The notes under the pieces were generated by a model. It worked only from the letters and a program-made list of their open reading frames with translations, searched no databases and was not told the origin of the DNA. A program made the translations under genes and the position numbers. Below, one piece after another: positions 17,482 to 27,202 of a stretch of DNA of 32,153 nucleotides; within the stretch, counting starts at the first letter, position 1, and each line of letters begins with the position of its first letter. This stretch comes from a bacterium (GTDB lineage Bacteria > DUMJ01): contig JBMFMV010000013.1 in the NCBI GenBank assembly GCA_049970495.1, positions 1 to 32,153 of the forward strand. Reading direction: 5' to 3'.

Positions 17482-18846
17482 ATGAAAAGGAGACTAGGTA
17501 CTATTGCCCTTATTGTGAGTATTATATGGGTTATGTATCTTGGTTTTATATACAATAGAACTTATTTTGAACACTATCCTAAAGTTACTGTAACCGTGGC
17601 AGAGAGAAAACCATTTATACAAGATGTGTCTACTGTGGGCTATATAGAACCGGCAGTTAGGTCTACTGTAAGAAGTAGTACCGCTGGAAAACTTGTAGAT
17701 ATAAAGGTTAAAGTTGGGGACTATGTAAAAAGGGGAGATATTCTCTTTCAGATAGAATCTCCTGAGTTGGAACTTCAAATACAACAGGCTATGTTAAATA
17801 TGGAAAAACTTAGAATAGAGGAAGAAAGATTAAAAAATGAGATATATGATATATCTCAGTATGAGATAGCTTTAAAGAAAGAAGGGGAGAATCTTAGAAA
17901 GATAAAAGAGGATCTAAAAAAAGCAGAAATTCTCTTTAATCAGGGGATTATTCCCATATCAGAATATAATAATTATAAGGCTCAATATAATCAGGCAGAG
18001 CTTGCATATAGTCTGGCGGAGAGAAATTATAGAAATAGTAAGATACAGTATGAGACAGAGGAGAAACTTAAGTCAAATAATCTTATTGTACTTCGGAAAA
18101 GTATAGAGAATGCAGAGGCACAACTCAAACTTCTAGAGGATCAAAAGTTAGTTAAGGCTGGTATAGACGGTAAAGTAGTCTCTATCTTTGTAAAAGAGGG
18201 GGAATATGTAACTCCTGGAACTCCTGTGGTTCTTATAGCAGATGAAGAGAAACTGTCAGTATCCTGTGTTGTAGATCCTAAATATATAGATAATATCAAG
18301 GTTGGTCAGGAGATTAGATTTAAGATAGACCCACTTTCTACAAAAGAGTATAGAGGGGTAGTTGAGTCTATCTCTGAGGGCACAGAAGAATTGATGGGTA
18401 AAACTGGTATAAGGGTCGTAGGAAGGATAAAAGATAAAGTACCTGATATTAAGGTTAATATGCCAGTCTATACTAGAATCTTGATAAGGAGTAGAGAGCT
18501 TAGTATTGTTATCCCGATAGCAAGCATATATCAAGAATCTCCTAAAGGATTAGAGAATCCTCTCTATTACTTAACTCCACCAAGTCCAGAAGATACCGAA
18601 TACTATGTATTTGTCCTAGAAGGAACTCCAGTGACTACAGATGATAGAGAGCTTAAGAGACTGATAAGGGATAATGTACAGGTGGTTAGAAAGAGAAAGG
18701 TTGAAGTTGGTGGAGTTAGTGAATATGAGGCAGAGATTATTGGTGGCTTAAATCAGTTTGATAAGGTTGTTACTTACAGTAGTAGACCACTTAATGACTA
18801 TGATAGGGTTATAGTGATAGAGAGAGAAAAATGGGCGAAAGATTAG
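17482..18846 (+). CDS. Efflux periplasmic adaptor subunit (MacA/HlyD/YknX-like)
   Basis: N-terminal TM anchor, lipoyl halves VKVGDYVKRGD and IDGKVVSIFVKEGEYV flanking a long coiled coil, C-terminal VEVG...EIIGGL; GGAGG RBS. Confidence 0.92.
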   Translation: MKRRLGTIALIVSIIWVMYLGFIYNRTYFEHYPKVTVTVAERKPFIQDVSTVGYIEPAVRSTVRSSTAGKLVDIKVKVGDYVKRGDILFQIESPELELQIQQAMLNMEKLRIEEERLKNEIYDISQYEIALKKEGENLRKIKEDLKKAEILFNQGIIPISEYNNYKAQYNQAELAYSLAERNYRNSKIQYETEEKLKSNNLIVLRKSIENAEAQLKLLEDQKLVKAGIDGKVVSIFVKEGEYVTPGTPVVLIADEEKLSVSCVVDPKYIDNIKVGQEIRFKIDPLSTKEYRGVVESISEGTEELMGKTGIRVVGRIKDKVPDIKVNMPVYTRILIRSRELSIVIPIASIYQESPKGLENPLYYLTPPSPEDTEYYVFVLEGTPVTTDDRELKRLIRDNVQVVRKRKVEVGGVSEYEAEIIGGLNQFDKVVTYSSRPLNDYDRVIVIEREKWAKD

Positions 18847-19889
18847 AGAGGATAAAAATAGCAGTAAGTATTATGCTTGTCTCTTTAGTAATAGGCTCTT
18901 TAGAGTCTCTCAGGGCTGGATTAGGTGATAATTTTTTTACCTATGGGATGAATGTATTTGCAGTTTCTCCTTATCTTACAGAGGAGATGAAGTTAGAACC
19001 ACTTACCTGGGAAGATGCTAAGGCTATAGCAGGTATCCCTGGTGTAAGGTCTGTTGATAGCATAAAGAAATCTGTCGCTAAAGTCCTAGTAGGCTCAGAA
19101 GAGACTAATATGAATATAACTTTAATTACACCTAACTTTGTAGAGATCACTGGGAGAAGAGTTATGGAGGGAAGAAATTTTAAAGAGACGGATTATTTAA
19201 AGTCTCATAAGGTCATCCTTCTCTCTGAGGGTGCAAAAGGACTACTCTTTGGTAAAGAAGTAAATCCGCTAAGAAGTGATGTATATATAAATAGGGAGAG
19301 ATTTATTGTAGTTGGTATCCTTAATCAGGCATTTATGGAAAAGATGATAAATAGGTCTAAGATTTTGAGAGATTACCTTCCTATGATTTCTCAATTGGCG
19401 GAACTTATATACCCCAAGAGAGAACTTATAGTACCACTTTATTATGATCCGTACGATAAGTTAGACGCTATAATAATAACTGTATACCCCAAGTATAGTT
19501 GGGGAACTTTTAAGAATGTACTAAAAGATGAGATAGTAAGGATGTTAAGGTTTAGGCACATGGGAGAGAGTGATTATGAAGTATTTAACTTACATGAAAG
19601 ACTCTTAGTCTTTAAGGTCTATCTAAGTCTGTTTCTATTAGTTCTAATTGTTATATCCATCTTACTTTTAGTCTCAGCTTCTTTTAGAACCAGAGATATC
19701 TTGCCTAAGAGGAAGATTTTGTTCTTTTTAAGTTCTGTAGCTATAGGTGAATTTCTGGGCTTATTATTTTCTAGATTTATAACTGTAAGGTTAGAGGTCC
19801 CTCCATCACCCATATGGTGTTTCTTCTTGGGATTTGTCATTCCCTTATTTATGTGGGGTAAGTATGCGGTTAAAAGAGTTAAACTATAG
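18831..19889 (+). CDS. MacB/YknZ-like ABC permease (periplasmic core), shortened C-terminal domain
   Basis: LTWEDAKAI..IPGV, EGRNF...D, F.VVGIL motifs of the MacB periplasmic core; about 3 C-terminal TMs. Confidence 0.8.
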   Translation: MGERLERIKIAVSIMLVSLVIGSLESLRAGLGDNFFTYGMNVFAVSPYLTEEMKLEPLTWEDAKAIAGIPGVRSVDSIKKSVAKVLVGSEETNMNITLITPNFVEITGRRVMEGRNFKETDYLKSHKVILLSEGAKGLLFGKEVNPLRSDVYINRERFIVVGILNQAFMEKMINRSKILRDYLPMISQLAELIYPKRELIVPLYYDPYDKLDAIIITVYPKYSWGTFKNVLKDEIVRMLRFRHMGESDYEVFNLHERLLVFKVYLSLFLLVLIVISILLLVSASFRTRDILPKRKILFFLSSVAIGEFLGLLFSRFITVRLEVPPSPIWCFFLGFVIPLFMWGKYAVKRVKL

Positions 19890-20748
19890 ACAGAGAAATG
19901 TCTTAATGAGCTATATAGCTATATCTCCATGGCTTATAGGTTTTGCCGTCTTTTTTGTATTTCCCTTACTTTTTTCTATTGTTCTGAGCTTTTTAAAGTG
20001 GAGTTTTAATGGAAGTACTTTTGTCTGGTTTGATAATTATAAGCAGGCTCTATTTAATGACGGTGATTTCTGGTATAGTTTGGGAGTAACCTTAGGGTAT
20101 GGCATTGTAAGTATCCCATTTACTATAATTTTCTCCTTTATCCTAGCACTCCTTATTAATCAAAGAGTAAAAGGGATAGACTTTTTTAGGATGGTATATT
20201 TCTTACCGGTGGTAGCTGCTTCAGATGTGGTTGTTGCTAAAATAGGTCCTGAGATATTTAGTAAGATGGTTAATGTAAATGTGACATTAGAGACGTTTGG
20301 CATACAGGTTAGTCAAAATACACAGAATTTTATAACTCTCTTTTCTACCCTGATCACGCTTGGATTATGGAGAGTTGGAATTCAGATGCTTATATTCTTG
20401 GCTGGACTTCAGAGTATAGACCCTCAGTTTTACGAAGCGGCAGAGATAGATGGTGCTAGTTGGTGGAAGAGTCTTTGGGCAATAACGATACCCCTTCTAG
20501 GACCATTTACAGTTATCAATATAGTCTTTACTGTAATTGAGTCTTTTACAAATGTCTTTACAATAGCAAGAGTATTAGCCAGAGGTAGGAGTGTCACTCC
20601 ATTCTTTATGGACTATGTATATAGATTGAGCTTTGAAGAGTATAGACTTGGATATGGTGCAGCTGTAAGTTGGATATTTTTATTTGTAGTTATATCTCTA
20701 GCGCTACTAGTATACTATTATTCTCAGAGATTTTTAGTAGAGAGGTAA
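19864..20748 (+). CDS. Carbohydrate ABC transporter permease (MalF type)
   Basis: ISPWLIGF, FFRMVYFLPVV, IFLAGLQSI, EAA loop YEAAEIDGA, GYGAAVSW; start set to ATG 19864 after GGGGT. Confidence 0.92.
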   Translation: MRLKELNYRQRNVLMSYIAISPWLIGFAVFFVFPLLFSIVLSFLKWSFNGSTFVWFDNYKQALFNDGDFWYSLGVTLGYGIVSIPFTIIFSFILALLINQRVKGIDFFRMVYFLPVVAASDVVVAKIGPEIFSKMVNVNVTLETFGIQVSQNTQNFITLFSTLITLGLWRVGIQMLIFLAGLQSIDPQFYEAAEIDGASWWKSLWAITIPLLGPFTVINIVFTVIESFTNVFTIARVLARGRSVTPFFMDYVYRLSFEEYRLGYGAAVSWIFLFVVISLALLVYYYSQRFLVER

Positions 20749-20754
20749 ATAGAG

Positions 20755-21660
20755 ATGAAGTTTAGAGGATCTAGTATCTTATATAAAACTAAGAGGGTAA
20801 TTTCAAAACTGATACTCTATCTCCTTCTTATTGATGGGACCTTTATATTTCTCTATCCCATAGGAAGGACTGTAGTTATATCTCTTATGACTATAGAAGA
20901 TTATATGGACCCTTCTGTCAACTGGATACCCAATAAAATAAATTTTAGAAACTATATAGATGTATTGAAGCCTATGGGATTCTTTGATGCCTTATCAAAT
21001 ACAGTAAAGTTAACTGTCTTTTGTATCCTAGGACAAGTACTATCTTCCGCACTAGTTGGATATGGGCTTGCAAGGGGAAGGATACCAGGGAAAGAGGTTA
21101 TTATGATGCTGATACTTGCTACCCTTGTAGTTCCACCTCAGACACTGCTTATACCTTACTATATCTTGTATCATAGATTAAATCTACTAGATTCACTAAA
21201 CGTCTTTATTATTCCTTCCTTTTTTGGCTTTGGTATATATGCTCCACTCTGTATATTCGTCTTTAGACAGGTATTTAATATACTTCCTACAGAATTGGAG
21301 GATGCAGCCATAATTGATGGTGCAGACTTTTTTAGATGTTTCTGGTATATATACCTACCACTAGCCAGGTCCGCTTCTGTGACTGTTGGATTATTTACAT
21401 TTGTTTGGTATTGGAATGAATACGCCAGGAGTGTTATCTTCTTTAATAATATAAAGACTATACCTATAGCATTATCATTACTCTTTTCTGTTGACCCTGC
21501 CTATGTTGGTGCTGGATTTGGTGGTACAAATGTCAGTCTTGTGACCTATCCTATGATGATGGCAGCTGTTATGTTAACTATGTTACCCTGCTTAATCCTA
21601 TATCTCTTTACTCAGAGGTATTACTTGACCGCTATAGAACAGGTTGGTATAAAGGGGTGA
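20755..21660 (+). CDS. Carbohydrate ABC transporter permease (MalG type)
   Basis: GYGLAR, VPPQ..LIP.Y, LEDAAIIDGA, FVWYWNEY, LYLFTQRY...IEQVGIKG. Confidence 0.93.
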   Translation: MKFRGSSILYKTKRVISKLILYLLLIDGTFIFLYPIGRTVVISLMTIEDYMDPSVNWIPNKINFRNYIDVLKPMGFFDALSNTVKLTVFCILGQVLSSALVGYGLARGRIPGKEVIMMLILATLVVPPQTLLIPYYILYHRLNLLDSLNVFIIPSFFGFGIYAPLCIFVFRQVFNILPTELEDAAIIDGADFFRCFWYIYLPLARSASVTVGLFTFVWYWNEYARSVIFFNNIKTIPIALSLLFSVDPAYVGAGFGGTNVSLVTYPMMMAAVMLTMLPCLILYLFTQRYYLTAIEQVGIKG

Positions 21661-21678
21661 AAATCCTGCTCTAACCTA

Positions 21679-21707
21679 TTGACATTTGGTTTAATTTGAC
21701 CCATAAT
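21679..21707 (+). promoter_or_regulatory. sigma70 promoter for the speD-like...recN/vor operon
   Basis: TTGACA (21679-21684), 17 bp, CATAAT (21702-21707). Confidence 0.7.
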
Positions 21708-21722
21708 AATGAAGCTAAATTA

Positions 21723-22136
21723 ATGGAGAAGAGGGAGTGTGAACAAGAAGAAGTGTATGGGCCGCATTTAATGTTAGATTGTTATGGTAGTCCAAAAAGT
21801 ATACTGGCAGATGTGAATTTTTTATATGAGGTTTTAGATGAACTGCCAGGTATAATTGGTATGCGTAAGATTATGCCTCCATATGTATTTAGGTATGATA
21901 GTAAAGATGTACCTGAAGACTGGGGGATCTCTGGCATAGTATTAATAGCAGAGAGTCATATAGCTATACATACGTATCCCGAGAAGGAGTACTTTACAGT
22001 AGATATCTTCTCCTGTAAAGAGTTTGATTTGGAATTGGCTAAAAAGTACTTAACAGAGAAGTTCAAGGTCAAGAAATATGAGTTTCACCATGTAGATAGA
22101 GGGTTGGAATTTCCAAGGAGTGTTCCTAAGGTGTGA
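21723..22136 (+). CDS. speD: Pyruvoyl-dependent SpeD/SpeH-family decarboxylase proenzyme (AdoMet or arginine decarboxylase)
   Basis: GPHLMLDCYG, self-cleavage motif LIAE-SHIAIHTYPE, DIFSC. The TTG at 21696 lies inside the promoter, so the start is ATG 21723 or GTG 21753. Confidence 0.88.
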   Translation: MEKRECEQEEVYGPHLMLDCYGSPKSILADVNFLYEVLDELPGIIGMRKIMPPYVFRYDSKDVPEDWGISGIVLIAESHIAIHTYPEKEYFTVDIFSCKEFDLELAKKYLTEKFKVKKYEFHHVDRGLEFPRSVPKV

Positions 22137-23014
22137 TGTTTTATACGCACTATGTCACCTTTGGTGACTTCCCAGATGAATATAAAGATATAGATCGGGC
22201 AAAGGCTATTCTAGTACCTGTCCCACTAGAAGAGACAGGTACATACCTATTTGGTACACGGTTCGCCCCAGATGAGATAATACTGGCTTCTAGGGCTCTT
22301 GAATGGTTTGATGAGTCATTAGAGTTTGAACCTTATAAAAAGGGAATAGCTACTATTGCTGCTCCTCTATGGGAAAAGGGAAATGTCCTTTCCTGTTTAT
22401 CCTTATTAGAGGAGACCATAAGTGAGATAGTAAGGGCGAATAAATTCCCTATAGTAATAGGCGGTGAACATACTATTACTATAGGGAATGTAAAAGGGGT
22501 ATTAAGTCAATATAGTGATTTATCCTGTCTTATATTTGATGCGCATTCTGACCTCAGAGAAAGTTATGATAAAACAGTCTTTAGTCATGCCTGTGTAACA
22601 AGAAGGATATCAGAACTTGGGATTAAAAACATCGTAGAAGTCGGTGTAAGAAGTCTCTCTATAGAAGAACACGAGTATATAAGCTCAGCTAATAATATTA
22701 ATGTTATAAAGGCACGAGACTACTTAAGAAACCCAAAGTTCTTTGAAGAGAATATTCCCAATATGTTAGGAGATAATGTCTTTATCTCCATAGATATGGA
22801 TGTATTTGACCCGTCTTTTATCCCTGCAGTAGGGACTCCTGAACCTGGTGGCCTCTCATGGTATAATGTAATTGGTATACTGGAGGAGGTATTCGCTCAT
22901 AAGAATGTAGTAGGATGTGATGTTGTAGAACTATTAGGAACAGATAAGACCTCTTGCTTTATAGCTGCTAAGCTTGTCTTCAAGCTTATCGCATATAAGT
23001 TTTTCTATGAGTAG
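22136..23014 (+). CDS. speB: Agmatinase
   Basis: GGEHTIT, DAHSD, SHA, DMDVFDP, GTPEPGG; TGATG coupling to speD. Confidence 0.92.
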   Translation: MFYTHYVTFGDFPDEYKDIDRAKAILVPVPLEETGTYLFGTRFAPDEIILASRALEWFDESLEFEPYKKGIATIAAPLWEKGNVLSCLSLLEETISEIVRANKFPIVIGGEHTITIGNVKGVLSQYSDLSCLIFDAHSDLRESYDKTVFSHACVTRRISELGIKNIVEVGVRSLSIEEHEYISSANNINVIKARDYLRNPKFFEENIPNMLGDNVFISIDMDVFDPSFIPAVGTPEPGGLSWYNVIGILEEVFAHKNVVGCDVVELLGTDKTSCFIAAKLVFKLIAYKFFYE

Positions 23015-23408
23015 GAGAAAACTTCGTAGAAAGATATTTCAGTGGTTATTTGAGCTTGAATTTAGGCCTGACGCTATTGAGGAGATAAAAAAGAGACTAG
23101 ATGCTGAATTTCTCAGTAAAGAGAATCAGGAATTTGTCCTCAGTATAATAGAGGGGGTTTTGAATAAGAGAGGGGAGATAGATGAGATAATTAAGTCCCA
23201 TCTAAAAGGGTGGGATTTTGATAGAGTATCTCTTGTTGACAAGACTATATTACGTATAGGGATATATGAACTCTGTTTTTATAAGAATACCCCTCCTAAA
23301 GTTGTCATAAATGAGGCGGTTGAATTATCAAAATTGTTCGGAAAAGATGGCTCTCCTGAATTTATAAATGGGTTATTAGGAGCGGTATTTAGAGGAGATG
23401 GAGTATAA
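23007..23408 (+). CDS. nusB: Transcription antitermination factor NusB
   Basis: MSRRKLR, IDEII..HL.GW...R...[24 protein letters not shown]. Confidence 0.96.
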   Translation: MSRRKLRRKIFQWLFELEFRPDAIEEIKKRLDAEFLSKENQEFVLSIIEGVLNKRGEIDEIIKSHLKGWDFDRVSLVDKTILRIGIYELCFYKNTPPKVVINEAVELSKLFGKDGSPEFINGLLGAVFRGDGV

Positions 23409-23673
23409 GAGAATGGTTGTAACCCTTGGTGGAAGAGTTCAAGGGGTAGGTTTTAGAAGTTTTGCTAGATATAAGGCATTTATGCTTGGGATAAAGGGCT
23501 ATGCAAGAAATACCTGGGATGGCAAGGTTGAGGTTGTAGCAGAGGGACCCATTGAGAAGCTTGATGAATTTCTAAGGGAACTTAAGAGAGGTCCAGTTTC
23601 TGCTAGGGTAAAAGAGGTAGATGTCAGGTTTGAACCTGCAACATATGAATTCGATGACTTCTCAATCTACTAA
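23398..23673 (+). CDS. acyP: Acylphosphatase
   Basis: GRVQGVGFR and GYARN..DG.VEVVAEG, GP..A.V. Confidence 0.95.
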   Translation: MEYKRMVVTLGGRVQGVGFRSFARYKAFMLGIKGYARNTWDGKVEVVAEGPIEKLDEFLRELKRGPVSARVKEVDVRFEPATYEFDDFSIY

Positions 23674-24481
23674 AGAAAGACTTGATATCTTATTGCTAAA
23701 TCTAGGCCTTGTATCCACTAGGAGTCAGGCTCAGGCTTTAATTATGGCTGGCGATGTCCTTGTGGATGGTAAGCCTATAACTAAGAGTGGGACTTTAGTC
23801 AAGAAAGATGCAAATATAGAGATAAAAAGGCCACCCGAGTATGTGAGTAGGGGTGGTTTCAAACTAGAAAAGGCTATAAAAGAATTCTCTATAGAAGTGC
23901 AGGGTAAAGTTTGTGTTGATATAGGGTCATCTACAGGAGGCTTTACTCACTGCCTTTTAAAATTTGGAGCTAAACTCGTATATGCTATAGATGTTGGAAA
24001 AGGATTATTACATCCTACTTTGATCAATGACCCTAGGGTTAGGCTTATTGAAGGCTATAATGCTAGATATTTGGAGCCAGGTCTATTTCCAGTAAAACCT
24101 ACTTTAGCAACGATAGATGTATCGTTCATCTCTGTAAGAAAGATTCTTCCTTCTCTTCTTAATTGTTTAGAAGGGGAAAAAGAGATAATAGTACTTGTCA
24201 AACCTCAATTTGAAGCCGAATATAAAAGAGTAAGTAAGGGTGGGATTGTAGTAAAGCCAGAGTTCCATATAGAGGTCATAGATAAAGTCATAAGTTTCTC
24301 TCGATCTCTTCAATTATACCCCCATGGTCTTACATTTTCTCCAATAAAGGGGAAGTCTGGTAATATCGAGTATCTACTCTTTCTTTCTTGTATAATGTCT
24401 ATGAAGGAGATAGACCTAGAGAAAACCGTAGAGGAGGCTTTTAAATATTTTGAGGATAATAGTATTACCTCATCCACATAG
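23654..24481 (+). CDS. tlyA: TlyA family rRNA methyltransferase
   Basis: KERLD..L S4 domain, YVSRGG.KL, DIGSSTGGFT, DVSFIS, LVKPQFE, SPIKG..GNIEYL; start uncertain. Confidence 0.95.
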   Translation: MTSQSTKERLDILLLNLGLVSTRSQAQALIMAGDVLVDGKPITKSGTLVKKDANIEIKRPPEYVSRGGFKLEKAIKEFSIEVQGKVCVDIGSSTGGFTHCLLKFGAKLVYAIDVGKGLLHPTLINDPRVRLIEGYNARYLEPGLFPVKPTLATIDVSFISVRKILPSLLNCLEGEKEIIVLVKPQFEAEYKRVSKGGIVVKPEFHIEVIDKVISFSRSLQLYPHGLTFSPIKGKSGNIEYLLFLSCIMSMKEIDLEKTVEEAFKYFEDNSITSST

Positions 24482-25283
24482 AGTGGAAGCTTGTGAGGTG
24501 GGAAAGAGGATATTGGAATATGCATTTTCTAGAAGTATTGAAGGAAAACTTTATGAGGATTGGCCTAAACAGATCTCGGGGGATTTTGATGTTGGAGTAG
24601 TAATAGGTGGAGATGGGACTCTATTAAGGGCTTCAAAGCTTCTAAGTCCTCTTGGAGTTCCTATCCTTGGAATAAAAGTAGGAGGTTTGGGTTTTCTTTT
24701 AGATGTAGCACCTGAAGATTATAGAATCGCCATAGATAAGTTATTACATAAAGACTATTATGTTGAAAGTAGAGGCACTCTAGAGGTAATTGTTGAGAGT
24801 GAGAGTATGACTAAGGGTAAATTTCTAGCTATCAACGATGCAGTTGTAAATAAGGGCACCTTTGCTAGGATGCTAGAAATAACCCTTTTTGTTAATAATA
24901 AGTTAGTTGCTAGATATCCTGCAGATGGAATAATTGTTTCTACCCCAACTGGTTCAACTGCTTACTCCCTTTCTGCTGGGGGTCCTATAGTCTCTCCTAA
25001 TCTGGATTGTATACTAGTTACACCAATATGTCCGCATTCTCTGTTCTTAAGGCCCTTACTTTTAAATCCAAAAGATATTATTGAAATAGTGGTAGGAGAG
25101 AAACATGAGGAGGTTATGCTTACTATAGATGGACAATTAGGTCTACACCTTGATACTAAGGATAAAGTTAGGGTAAGTTTTAGTGATATTCAGTGTAAAT
25201 TGATAAGACTTAGTGAAGATTCAGATTTTTTTACCACTCTTAGAGAGAAGCTACACTGGGGTGAAGGTATTGGAGATGCTTAG
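24450..25283 (+). CDS. nadK: NAD(+) kinase
   Basis: GGDGTLL, G.LGFL, AIND, ADG.IVSTPTGSTAYSLSAGGP, TPICPH. Confidence 0.96.
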   Translation: MRIIVLPHPHRVEACEVGKRILEYAFSRSIEGKLYEDWPKQISGDFDVGVVIGGDGTLLRASKLLSPLGVPILGIKVGGLGFLLDVAPEDYRIAIDKLLHKDYYVESRGTLEVIVESESMTKGKFLAINDAVVNKGTFARMLEITLFVNNKLVARYPADGIIVSTPTGSTAYSLSAGGPIVSPNLDCILVTPICPHSLFLRPLLLNPKDIIEIVVGEKHEEVMLTIDGQLGLHLDTKDKVRVSFSDIQCKLIRLSEDSDFFTTLREKLHWGEGIGDA

Positions 25284-26973
25284 AGAGATATCTGTTAAGG
25301 GATTTGATATTATAGATAATATAAACATAATATTTTCGCCGGGACTTAATATAATTACAGGAGAAACTGGGGCCGGTAAGTCTTTGATAATAGAGGCTAT
25401 ACAACAGTTACTTGGAGCTAGAGCTAGCTCTTCTATGGTAAAGTCAGGATATTCTAAAGCTCAGATAGTTGGGGTATTTGATCTACCCCAGAGGGAAGAG
25501 ATAATAAGAATCTTAGAAGAAAATGGGGTAGATATAAGTGATGAGCTTATAGTATTAAAGGAGATAACAAATATAGGGAAGAGTAGTATAAAAATAAATG
25601 GAACCACCGTTCCCGCATCTGTAATAAGGGAAATAGGGAAGTATCTAGTTAATATCTCTTCTCAGATGGAGAATAATGAGATTTTATCTCCTGAGTATCA
25701 ATTAGATATTATAGACTCTTTTGGTAAATTATTTGATCTTAGAAATACATTTAAGGAAGCATTCCTAAAGTGGAAGGATCTTAAAGAGAAGAGAACTGAG
25801 ATAGAAACAAGGATTCAGAATAGATTTCAAGAATTAGATTTTATAAATTATCAGATAGAAGAGTTAAAGAAGGCTAAGCTTATAGAAAATGAAGATGAGA
25901 TATTGAAAGAAGAGGAGGGTAGACTATTAAATCTAGAGAGACTAAGACATGATGTAAATGAGTCTTATAGGATTCTTTATGGGGATGATGACTCTGCAGT
26001 ATCTAGAATTTCTAAGGCTTCTCAGATATTAAGAGGTTTAGATGGTATAGATCCTCAACTAGGGAATCTTGGTAAAGAGCTTGAGAATCAGGAGATACTT
26101 CTCAGTGAACTAGCTAGAACTCTTAGAAGCTATGCTAGTAAATTAAACGAAATAGATAGTTCTGATTTAGAAGAGGTAGAGTCAAGATTGCATTTTTTAA
26201 ATGACTTAAAGAGGAAATATAGAGTAAAGACTGTAAATGAACTTTTAGATGTGTTAAAAATTTTGGAGGCTAGGAAAGAAGATTTAGAGAAGATTGAAGA
26301 GGAGATTGGCAACTTAGATTCTCTTATAGGAGAAGCATACGAAGAACTTAAAAGATTAGGAGAAGAGTTATCAGAAAAGAGAGTAATCTATTCAGAGAAA
26401 CTTTCTCGTTCTTTAGAAAAGGAGTTAAAAGAGTTAGGGATGCCAAATGTCAGAATAGACCTAAAGATTGATAAGATGGAGGAGCCTACCCCTTCTGGTT
26501 TTGATAGAGTTATATTCCTCATAGCTACAGTGCCCGATGAACCTCTTAAAAGAATAGAAGATGTTGTATCTGGTGGTGAACTATCTAGGATATCACTTGT
26601 TATAAAAAGTTTACTAAGAAATACTGAATTGTTTCCAACACTTATATTTGATGAGATAGATATTGGTATAGGGGGTAAGACTGCGATAGCGGTAGGAGAA
26701 AAGATCTATCAGCTCTCTAAGAAGACTCAGGTGATAGATATAACTCATCTACCCCAGGTTGCTGTATTTGCAGATACTCATAAGTATGTGCAGAAGACTA
26801 TAGATGAAAGTGGGAAGGTTTATGTAGAAGTTAAGATACTTGAAGGGGATAATAAGGTTATGGAGATATCTAGAATGTTAACTGGACAGATAATGGAATC
26901 CACAGTAGCAAATGCAAGAGAATTAATAAACTATGTTGAGAAGATAAAGGGAGTGATTACTAGTGAAGTATAG
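25276..26973 (+). CDS. recN: DNA repair protein RecN
   Basis: TGETGAGKS, coiled coil, SGGELSR, FDEID.GIGG, ITHLPQVA; start ATG 25276. Confidence 0.96.
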   Translation: MLREISVKGFDIIDNINIIFSPGLNIITGETGAGKSLIIEAIQQLLGARASSSMVKSGYSKAQIVGVFDLPQREEIIRILEENGVDISDELIVLKEITNIGKSSIKINGTTVPASVIREIGKYLVNISSQMENNEILSPEYQLDIIDSFGKLFDLRNTFKEAFLKWKDLKEKRTEIETRIQNRFQELDFINYQIEELKKAKLIENEDEILKEEEGRLLNLERLRHDVNESYRILYGDDDSAVSRISKASQILRGLDGIDPQLGNLGKELENQEILLSELARTLRSYASKLNEIDSSDLEEVESRLHFLNDLKRKYRVKTVNELLDVLKILEARKEDLEKIEEEIGNLDSLIGEAYEELKRLGEELSEKRVIYSEKLSRSLEKELKELGMPNVRIDLKIDKMEEPTPSGFDRVIFLIATVPDEPLKRIEDVVSGGELSRISLVIKSLLRNTELFPTLIFDEIDIGIGGKTAIAVGEKIYQLSKKTQVIDITHLPQVAVFADTHKYVQKTIDESGKVYVEVKILEGDNKVMEISRMLTGQIMESTVANARELINYVEKIKGVITSEV

Positions 26974-27202
26974 ATACACTATTGTTGTAGATAAAGAGAG
27001 GTGTAAAGGGTGTGGAATATGTATATCTTTTTGCCCTAGAGGTGTCTTTGAATTTGAGGATTATCTTAATGAAGGTGGGCATCATCCAGTTAGGCTTACT
27101 GGAAAAGAATGTGTAGGATGTAGGGCTTGTGTTATTATGTGCCCAGACATTGCACTAGAACTGCTTCAGGAGGAAATCGATGAAGGTACTTATGCGAGGT
27201 AA
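26963..27202 (+). CDS. 2x[4Fe-4S] ferredoxin, 2-oxoacid:ferredoxin oxidoreductase delta subunit
   Basis: CKGCGICISFCP and CVGCRACVIMCPD. Confidence 0.92.
   Translation: MKYRYTIVVDKERCKGCGICISFCPRGVFEFEDYLNEGGHHPVRLTGKECVGCRACVIMCPDIALELLQEEIDEGTYAR

Noticed and set aside
21696..21722. TTG start for speD given in the ORF track
   Set aside because: Falls between the -35 and -10 of the predicted promoter, so it would not be transcribed.
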